The notes below the pieces were generated by a model. The model saw only the letters and a list, made by a program, of their open reading frames with translations. It was not told where the DNA came from and did no database searches. The translations under genes were made by a program, and so were the position numbers. From NCBI GenBank assembly GCA_029865605.1, contig JAOUGE010000006.1:1-61471 (forward strand): 61,471 bases of DNA, written 5' to 3'. The DNA comes from Candidatus Berkelbacteria bacterium. GTDB taxonomy: Bacteria; Patescibacteriota; UBA1384; DTJR01. Of the stretch, positions 34,701-43,700 are shown in pieces (positions within the stretch are counted from its first letter, which is position 1; each line of letters starts with the position of its first letter).

Positions 34701-35723
34701 TTATTTTTTGCTTATATTATTACTTGTTATATTTTCTTTATTACTTTCAGGTTCGCGGTGATGGTATTTCTTGTGGATTTCACGCAGATGCTTGTCCGTG
34801 ACATGAGTATAAACCTGGGTTGTGGTAACCGAGCTGTGGCCCAAAAGCGATTGGACAGAGCGCAGATCGGCACCGGCGCGCAAAATGTCGGTGGCGAACG
34901 AATGCCTCAACACGTGGGGCGTAACCTGCTTGACGATACCCGCTTTTTTGGCCGAGTCTTGGACTATTCTCTGCACTTGCCTCGCGGTCAGTCGGGCTCG
35001 CTTTGCTGTCATCTCCCCCTTGGTTTGTTCGGTATCGGGTTTTTCTCCTTCGTTTTTAGTTTGGCCACGCCATCCCTCCGCCTTCGGCGGGCCTACAAGT
35101 TTTACATTTTTAATTTTCACAAACGCTGCTTCATCCTCGTCGAATCTCGTTTTGAAATACCTATCCAGCCACTCCGCCGCCGAATCAGATAGAAAAACGA
35201 CTCTTGCCTTGCCGCCCTTGCCGAGAACCGAAAATTCACCTCTCTCAAGATTGATTTGGTCTCGTTTGAGAGCAACTAATTCCGACACTCTTATCCCAGT
35301 TGAGAACAGAATTTCAAGCATTGCCCGATCGCGGATTTCCTTATCATCTTTGCCAGAATTAACTTCGAGCAATCTTTTTACCTCCTCCTCCTCCAAGAAT
35401 TTTATTTCTCTATCCGGTGTATCGGCCAGTTCGATTTTTTCCGGCACAAGCGAGTCAACATCCATTTTTGAGAGGTATTTTAGAAAACTGCGCAGGGCGA
35501 TCATATAATAATTGAGGGTTTTAACGCCTAAGCCCCGTCGGTGCAGTTCGAGACGCCATTTTTTTATCAGTTCAAGGTCGATTTTTGAAACGTTATTTAC
35601 ACCGGAACTTTCGGCAAATTCGGCGAACTTAGTTAAATAGGACTCATAATTTCTAATCGTAAGCTGGCTGTGGCCCCGCTCGAGTTCAATATATTCTAGA
35701 AATTCGCGGATTTGCTTGTCCAT
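34701..35723 (-). CDS. Tyrosine recombinase, XerC/XerD-like
   Basis: N-terminal SAM-like domain (EFLEYIELERGHSQLTIRNYESYL) and C-terminal RHSFATDIL...LLGHSSVTTTQVYTHV with catalytic Tyr. Contains an extra charged loop of about 30 aa. Confidence 0.85.
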   Translation of the reverse strand: MDKQIREFLEYIELERGHSQLTIRNYESYLTKFAEFAESSGVNNVSKIDLELIKKWRLELHRRGLGVKTLNYYMIALRSFLKYLSKMDVDSLVPEKIELADTPDREIKFLEEEEVKRLLEVNSGKDDKEIRDRAMLEILFSTGIRVSELVALKRDQINLERGEFSVLGKGGKARVVFLSDSAAEWLDRYFKTRFDEDEAAFVKIKNVKLVGPPKAEGWRGQTKNEGEKPDTEQTKGEMTAKRARLTARQVQRIVQDSAKKAGIVKQVTPHVLRHSFATDILRAGADLRSVQSLLGHSSVTTTQVYTHVTDKHLREIHKKYHHREPESNKENITSNNISKK

Positions 35724-35774
35724 ATCAATATTTTACGACATAAAACAAAAACATGAAAGAATTTTTAGCCGTTG

Positions 35775-37019
35775 CTACTCGTATCTTAGTACATCAAGCG
35801 GGTTGACCCTGGCTGCTCTCTTAGCGGGATAAAGACCGGTGATTAACCCTAAAAGAATTGAGAATAAAAAGATGCCGATCAAAAAGAGAGGGGAGAAATA
35901 AAAGACCTGAACGGGATCTCCGCCGGCTCTTTTAGCAAAAAAATTCAAAATCTGATTGGCAACGGTTCCAAAAGCGATCCCTACAACCATACCGATAGTG
36001 CCGCCGATGACCCCCAGAACGATTGCCTCTGCCAAAAAGAGATTATTAATATCTTTTTTCTTCATGCCCAGAATTTTCATCAGGGCAATTTCTTTGATTC
36101 TTTCTAAGAGCGAGATAGTCAGAGTGTTGAACATTCCCAGAGCGGCAACGACAAGAGCAACAACACCAAAGCTGGCAAGAATGACTTTGAAGACATTGAA
36201 GATTTGCACGATTTGGGCAACTGTATCGCCGACATACTGGGTTTTATAACCCATATTTTCAATCACTTTTCTTGTGGTGGCGGCTTCGGAGCGGCGGGTT
36301 AGCTCGACTTTAAGCTGAGAATAGTCGGTTATCCCGAGTGCGGTGATGTTTTTGTAGTGGGTATAGATTTTAACAGCGGTTTCGTCTTTTATAACTCCGA
36401 TAATCTTAAACTGCTGGTCTTCGATGGTTTTGTCTTCTCCTGTGCCGGAGTAAGCTTTGGGAATGATAATATCAGTGACAAGAGTTTTATTAATGTATCG
36501 AGATGGGTCATCGCCTCCCATAAATTTGGTATAGGCACTGTTGACGACTGCCTCGGGAAGCTCGATGGGGGATTCGATGAGATCGGCGCCCGCGGTCGAA
36601 TAAGTTGCTTGCGGCTCGCCGTAGAACTCGCCCCATTTTATTTTAAGCCCGCTCCATTCAAGATATTTGGCCGATGCGCCAAAAACTGTTGCGTCAATCT
36701 GGGCGTTTGTCTTTTTGGCTCTCGCGCCGACCGAGATTGCCGGCTCGACGCTTTTGACTGACTGGATAGCATCAATTTCAGCGGTTGAATTGTCATTGAG
36801 TTTTACGACCTGGGAACTCCCCGTGCCGACATCTAGTAGCTGGAAGGCGTTTCCGCTAGTTACCTCGCGGGTAATCAGCCGCTCCAAGCCGAAGGCGAAG
36901 GCGACGAGAAAGACGATGGCCGAGATGCCGATTATAATACCGGTTAAGGTAAGAACCGTCCTTAGACGCCTCGTCATCAGGTTCTTATAGGCAAGTTTTA
37001 CGATAAATCTTCTATCCAC
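35775..37019 (-). CDS. ABC transporter permease, FtsX/MacB-type
   Basis: One N-terminal TM segment, a large extracytoplasmic domain, then 3 C-terminal TM segments (FtsX pattern). Confidence 0.8.
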   Translation of the reverse strand: MDRRFIVKLAYKNLMTRRLRTVLTLTGIIIGISAIVFLVAFAFGLERLITREVTSGNAFQLLDVGTGSSQVVKLNDNSTAEIDAIQSVKSVEPAISVGARAKKTNAQIDATVFGASAKYLEWSGLKIKWGEFYGEPQATYSTAGADLIESPIELPEAVVNSAYTKFMGGDDPSRYINKTLVTDIIIPKAYSGTGEDKTIEDQQFKIIGVIKDETAVKIYTHYKNITALGITDYSQLKVELTRRSEAATTRKVIENMGYKTQYVGDTVAQIVQIFNVFKVILASFGVVALVVAALGMFNTLTISLLERIKEIALMKILGMKKKDINNLFLAEAIVLGVIGGTIGMVVGIAFGTVANQILNFFAKRAGGDPVQVFYFSPLFLIGIFLFSILLGLITGLYPAKRAARVNPLDVLRYE

Positions 37020-37788
37020 TCTTAGTGTCCTTTACGATTAAGCCGTCTCTCATTTCAATCGCTCTTGTTCCTAGTGTCCAATAAGCCTGGTTGTGGGTGA
37101 CCAAGATGATCGTTCTTTTATATTCTTTGTTCAGCATATCAAAAATAGCCATTATCTCATCGGACGTTTTGGTGTCGAGGTTTCCAGTCGGCTCATCAGC
37201 AAGAAGAATCCACGGGTTGGTAACCAGAGCGCGGGCCAGAGCCACTCTTTGCTGCTCCCCTCCAGATAGTTGAGTCGGGATCTGCCTTGATAGATCCAGT
37301 ATACCGAGCTCTCTCATTACCCTTTTGGCGCGTATTTTTGAGTGTTTTTCTTTCTCTCCCTGAATAATTAGAGGTAGAGCGACATTCTCCAAGACGTTTA
37401 GCGACTTGACCCAGTGTGAAAGCTGATGGATTATGCCCATTTTCTTGGAGCGGAAAATTCCTCTTTGGTCGTCGTCAAGGTTGAAAATATCGGTGTCGCG
37501 TATTTCAATTTCTCCAGAAGAGGGAGTGTCGATGCCGGCGATAGTATTAATCAGGGTCGTTTTGCCGCAGCCGGAGGGACCGTAGATGACGCAAAAGTCG
37601 GTTGCTCTGATAGTAAGATCAATTTCTTGGAGAGCCTTGATGAGATTACTCCCGACTTTGTAATTTTTCTTCAAGTCGGAAACATCAATAACCACATCGT
37701 GGTGATTTGTCGGCGAATCTTTTGACATTATTGGTTTATCTGTTTTTTGTTCGTTGGCTATTTTTTTCATATTTTTAAATTCCATCAA
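37012..37788 (-). CDS. ABC transporter ATP-binding protein (MacB/LolD-like)
   Basis: Walker [10 protein letters not shown], signature [15 protein letters not shown], Walker [13 protein letters not shown]. Confidence 0.85.
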   Translation of the reverse strand: MMEFKNMKKIANEQKTDKPIMSKDSPTNHHDVVIDVSDLKKNYKVGSNLIKALQEIDLTIRATDFCVIYGPSGCGKTTLINTIAGIDTPSSGEIEIRDTDIFNLDDDQRGIFRSKKMGIIHQLSHWVKSLNVLENVALPLIIQGEKEKHSKIRAKRVMRELGILDLSRQIPTQLSGGEQQRVALARALVTNPWILLADEPTGNLDTKTSDEIMAIFDMLNKEYKRTIILVTHNQAYWTLGTRAIEMRDGLIVKDTKSG

Positions 37789-37790
37789 AT

Positions 37791-40700
37791 CTAGAATAAC
37801 CCTATCATCCAGCCGAACAGTTTTGTTAGAGTGTTGAGCATTATGGTCAAAACCGACATTGACGGCTCGCCCGGGACGGCGACGAAAGATTTTGAAGTGG
37901 TCAGGTTATAAGCTTTGTCTTTGACCAGAATTCTCAAGGTGTAAGGCGTGGATGGTTTAAGATCTGATATTACTACAACGTGATTTTGGCTAAGGGCAGT
38001 GTTTTCTGTTGTTTTGTAAGGGAATTCATCAGCGCCTAATCCCTCTCCGTATTCAACTTGGTTGGTGGTCGGCTCATCAGTTTTGAAGGAAACAACAATT
38101 CGGGCTTTATCTACTGTTCCCTCGCCGACATTTGACGACTCGATGGTAATATCTGATATTTCCGGCGCACGGGCGTCAAGATCAGTAAAGAGAGTGTGGG
38201 TGTCTGATCTGGCCTGATTTCCAAACTGGTCGCGGCCGAAGGTATAGAAAGTATACTCGGTGTTGTCTTTGAGCTCGGTCAAGGTTGCCTTGTGGTCTTG
38301 AGTCATCGCTGATTTTGACTGCTCCAAGATTGGCAGGCCGTCTTTGGGTCTGTACTCGATTGAAGTTGAAATCGGTACATTCGACTTCCAGACGATAACA
38401 ATTGCCGGATACGGCCCGGAGGTGTCTTTGTAGTATGAGATTCCATAGATTCTAGGTTCGGGTAATGTTTCAAAGACATAATCATCAGAGGAAAATTCAT
38501 TGCTGTCGGTGTCGGTGCCGTAGATTTTGAAGTGATAGACGGTCGAGTGGGTTAGGTTATCGAGAGTGACGGAGTGCTTTGTTGTTTTAGAGCTTGCTGC
38601 CTCTTCGAGAGTTGAGCCGTAGGAAACGCTTGTTCCATATCTCAAGCTGGTAGTTGCCGGGTTTGAAGTTTCATAGCTTATATCAGCCGTGGTTAACTTC
38701 ACGTTTGAAACGGAAACATTTGAGACGGCCGGCGCGGGGGTGGTCGTGAAAGAATAGACGCCGGAGTAGGCCAGTGTCAGCGAATATTCCCTGTTTTCGT
38801 CGTAAGAGAGGACTTGGTAGTAGTAGGTAGTTGAGCTTGAAAGACCGGATAGGCCGACTGAATGCTCGATGACAGTTTCTATTTGCCCTTTATTGTCGGT
38901 TGAACTGGCAAGGTCACTTTCATTGGTGGAATATCTGACAAAGGAATTTGAGGCGCGGGAAGTTACCCAGTTTACGGTCGCGGTGGTAGCCTGGGCTGAA
39001 ACTGACGGCATTCCGACTAAGACTGGCGGCGAGGTGTAGTTGCCGGTTGGCTGTTTGGAGACCACGGAAGAGGGAGTGGAGGCATTGCCGGCGTTGTCAA
39101 CCGACTTTATTCGATAGTAATAGGTAGTTGAGCTTGAAAGGCCGCTGTCAAGGTAAACTGTGTTGGCGGTTGTGCCGGCGACCTGAAAGTTGATCCCATT
39201 AGTTGAACGCTCAACCTGATAATGGTCAAAGCTGGCTGGGTCCTGGCCTGCCCCAGCTGTCCACTTGATTGTCAGTTCCCAGATTGAGGCGGCGCGGTTT
39301 GAAGTGTCGGAGATGGTCACGCCTGTCGGAGTCGGAGGGGCGGTAGTGGAGCAGGTGAAGTTGACCGTGGCAACGTTGGCCTCGTCAAAGGCGTAATTAC
39401 CGGCCTCGTCACGGGCTACGAGATAGAAAGTATTGTTGCCCTGCGTCGTTGCGTAAGCCCCCGCAGTGAGCGTAGTCGAACTGGAACCGGTCCAGGTGAC
39501 ATTGGACATCGAAGGCCAAGCGTTAACTGACCAGCCGTAGTTGACGATGTTGGTCGGGTGAGAGGGGGCGTTCCAAGTGAAGGTAAAGGAATTAGTCGAG
39601 GAAGACGGCGGGTCAGCAATCAGTGAAGTCGGCTTAGCTGGCGCCGAGGTCGTGTAGTAATAGCTGGTTTGAACATCAGCCGAGAAGTTACCGGCGGTAT
39701 CAACCGATCTGACCAAAAAGGCATTGGTCCCTTCTTGGTAGGCAGTAATTCCCGTAACCGTCCTCTCGACTTGGGTGGCTGACCAGTCATCCACGCCATT
39801 GCCTCTCTTGTATTGATAGCCGGCAATTCCGGATTGTTCGGGACTCGGGTCAGTTGCCGCCGGCCAGGAGAAAGAGAAACTGTTTATGCCCGTATAGCCG
39901 GAAGGCGAGGCGGCGATAAATGACGGGGGTTCGGGGTTAACCGAATCAAACTTATAGGTGAAATATGTTTGGGCGGCGGAGAGGTTAAGAGCGTTGTCTT
40001 TAGTGCGCAATCTAAAGTAATAAGTGTCGGAAGTGGAGAGAGCGCTAGCGGTATAAGAGACACCGGTTTGGAAAGTGCCGGCAGTTAAAGGATCAGCGGT
40101 GTCATCCGTGCCGAAATAGACCCAGTAGCCGGCTACGCCGCTTTGGCTGTCTGTCGCTCCATCCCACTCAAAGTAGGGTGTGGGGTAGTTGTAGAAATTG
40201 TCGGTGGTGATAGGCGTTCCCTTACCGGAATCAGAGTAGCCGTTGAATGTTGTGGGATTTGTGGGCGGGGTATTGTCAGTTATCCAGCCAGTGTTGCCCG
40301 TGCCAGATGAGTTAGCCGTAAGATAGAAGGTAGCTCCGCCGGTGGCGTTGGAGCGGTTCATTGAGACATAGTCGCAAACGACCATTCCCGAGGCCTTTAA
40401 TAGGGTCCATTGCGTTACGCCGTCATCGGAGTCAATCGTCACCAAATTCCCCGCTGTGCCGTTCAAGAAGTTCGTTCCCGTCATCGTATAAGTGGTATCT
40501 TTGGTGAATTTGACCGTCTTTGTTCCAGCCGAAGCCATCGTCATATTGGCGAAGGTGAAGGCATTAAAGAAAGTTAAAACATTTGTCGCTGAGGGTGAAA
40601 TAGTAATGTTATTATAGATCTGTCCGCCTCCATAAAAGCTCGAGGTAGCACTGTCGGTTTTCGTCAAAGCAATGGTTGAAGTGCCACAATCTAATGTCAA

Positions 40701-43700
40701 ACTATCTGTTCTGACATACCAGAGATACGAACTGCTGACACCAGTTATTGTCCAAGTGCCAGATCCCATTGTAATCGCCCTGGTAGTTGTGACATTGCTA
40801 GATAAACCAGCCGTTGATACATTGTAATTATTCGCATTGAAAGTTCCGTTCTTGACAGTTAGCATATAAGTAACAGATAGAGCATCCTGCAAAGTCAATG
40901 TCCCCGTTGGCATTTCCACATATAGATTTGTGTAAAAATTATTTCCAGCGGTCGTCAAGGTATAAGATCCTCTGCCCTGAAAATATATTGGATAATAATA
41001 TCCACCGACAGTAAATGTCATCCCTGATATTAATGTAAATGAGCCGTAAGAATAATATGCGGACAATGTATTCAATGCCCAAGTCGGCTTCGTCCCAGTA
41101 TAACCCGCCCCCGTCCAGTCAATAGATTTTCCGAGCCGCGGCATATCGGCGGTAACGGTAACGCCGGAGTTGTAGCCACCAGCAACGGCCATACTGACAT
41201 TATCTTGGGGCAATGGAACGCGGGAAGTCCAGTTTCCAGCATCAGACCAGTTACCGCCCGTGGCGTCATTCCAGGTTTGGGCAACAGGGGTAGTCATTGT
41301 AAGAGTTCCCCCGCCAGAGATAGAGTTTCCTCCGCAATCACCGATTGAATTAGCTCCGCCATTGGTTAAGTCCAAATCACTGCCTCCATTGGCAAAGGTA
41401 ATATCCATAAAATCAACATTATTGGTTGTAACTGTGGCTCCTGTAGTGGTGATGGTTCGAGCCGTGCCGAGAGTGTCTGATTTAACCAAAAGACGATTTA
41501 TTGCCGAGTTGCCTGCTAGAGAGAGGGTTCCAGTGACCGCAAAATTTGTCGAAAAGCTAAAACCATCTGTTTTTACCGCCGTGCCTGTGCGAGTGAGGTT
41601 AGCAAAGGTGGATCCATTGGCGTACAAATTCGGGCTTCCGGAGCCGGTAAAATTAACATTATTAAATGTTTTTCCGCCATCATACATCAAGGTAGAGCCG
41701 GCGGTATTACCGGTAAAATTGATAGTTGAGGTGCCGGCGTTGAGAGTTAGATTGGTTGAGTTTGAAGTCGTCCAAGTACCTGTTCCTGTGCCGGTGAGAT
41801 TTATGGTTGAGTTACCCAAACTTATTGTTCTGACATTAGAATTTGAAGAGGCAAAGATAACCCAGCTGTGAGTTAATGACCCCGCCCCGCCATCGGTGAT
41901 AAGCGTTCCAGAGGAGTGGGTAAATTGACCGCTGATGGTGAGTCCATCCCCCAAAGTTACCGTTCCCACGCTGGTTGCCACGTTCCAAAGCGTATTTCCC
42001 GCCGAAATTAAAGTTCCGGTGGCGTTAATATATAAACCAGAGCTAGCGTTGGCTGTCACCTTCCCTGCAACAAAGGTGACGCCTCCCGAAACAGTCAGGG
42101 TGTTGTTCGTGCCGAGAGTGAGGATATTAGTATAGCCGGCCATAGTCAAGGTTTTGGCCACACAGCCGGTGGTGTCAACCGTAACATTGCCAGAACCCGA
42201 CAGAGCGAAAACATCATCAGATGAAGTTGGAGCAGATCCCTCATTCCAAGCCCCGGCCGCTGTCCAGTTTCCGCCGGCGGCAGAGACAGTTCTGATATTG
42301 CCAGAGCCGGATGCTGACCAGCCGGAGTTGCCGTTGATGTTTGGATCAGGGTATGGAGTGGAGTTAGCGGTAGAATACCATGTTGCTCCGCCGGTGACTG
42401 CCATTCTGCTTTTGGCCACATAATCCACGACGACAGCGCCAGATGGTTTAGTCATGGTAAAGGGAGTAGCCCCATCATCAGAGTCAATCGTTATCAAGTT
42501 GCCAGAGGTGCCGTTCAAGAAGCTTGAGCCCGTCATGGTGTAGGTCGTGGATTTGGTGAATTTGACCGTCTTCGTCCCAGCCGAAGCCATTGTCATATTG
42601 GCGAAGGTGAAGGCGCCGGAGAAGGTCGTTATTCCTGAACCAGGGGAGATGGTGATATTGTTGTAGGTAGCTGTTCCCCCAGAAAAGGGTGAGGCTGTTG
42701 CCCCTGTGCCTGCTATCCAAATGGTTGAAGTTGATGTGTTGACTGTTCCTGTTGCATTCCATCCCCCCGTTGTCATCTTCCAAGTGCTATTAGAACCCAT
42801 GTTGAGGGTTGTCGCACTACCACTAGACCAACTATAAACAGTCACATTATATCCGTTAGCATTAAAGGTTCCGGCAGAATGAGATGTCGAAGCATTAGAA
42901 GAGAAATTGTCTAACAGAGTTAAGGTTCCATTGACCATACTAAAGGTCGTATTGCTGTTAAAAGCATTCCCTGCGCTGGTCAGCGTATATGAACCTCTGC
43001 CTCGGAAAGTAAGGTATTGATTATAAACTAAAGTCATCCCTGTCGTGCTAGAAATTAAAGTTAAAGAGCCATAAATAGTATTACCTGTGGCTAGAGTCAC
43101 CGCCCACGTCGGCTTAGTCGGCGCAGTATAAGTTGCTCCAACCCAGCTAATACTCTTTCCCAATCTTGGCATATCGGCTGTGACGGTTTGGCCGGAAGAG
43201 AAGTTGACTCCGTTGAAGCTGACGTCATCTTGCGGCAAAGGCACCCTGCCTGACCAAGCGTTCGCCGACCAGTTGCCTCCTGATGACCCGGACCAGGTTT
43301 GGGTGGCGGGGGTCGTCATCACCAAATTCCCTGTTCCCAAAGTTCTACTGTTTCCTCCACAATCACCGATGGAATTAAGTCCGCCATTGGTTAGGTCTGT
43401 ATTACCGACTTTGTTATCGGCAAAGGTAATATCTTGAAAATCAACATTGTTTGTCCCTGTATAAGTTGCTCCAGTGATGATAATGGTGGAAGGTGTGCCA
43501 AGAGTAATTGATTGAACTAATAAACGATTAGTTGCTGAATTACCAGCCAGAGAAAGTATGCCAGTAACGGTGAAATTTGTATTAATTGTAAAACCATCTG
43601 TTTTTACCGCTGTGCCCGTGCGAGTGAGAGTGGCAAAGGTAGAGGTAACAGCGTTCAAAACTGGCGTTCCGGAACCTGTGAAATTAACAATATTGAATAT

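Noticed and set aside
34701-35723. The Xer-type recombinase as the integrase of adjacent island G or of the other islands.
   Set aside because: The domain layout is that of a chromosomal XerC/D-type enzyme at backbone composition. No direct repeats or tRNA target flank island G. The link is not excluded but is unsupported by the sequence.
41260-41871. Opposite-strand ORFs inside the giant genes, for example 41260..41871 (+), 48117..48944 (alternative frame) and 51051..51479.
   Set aside because: They are shadow ORFs created by the biased Thr/Gly/Ser/Asn codon usage of the giant genes. They lie fully inside uninterrupted ORFs of 2412-2904 aa.
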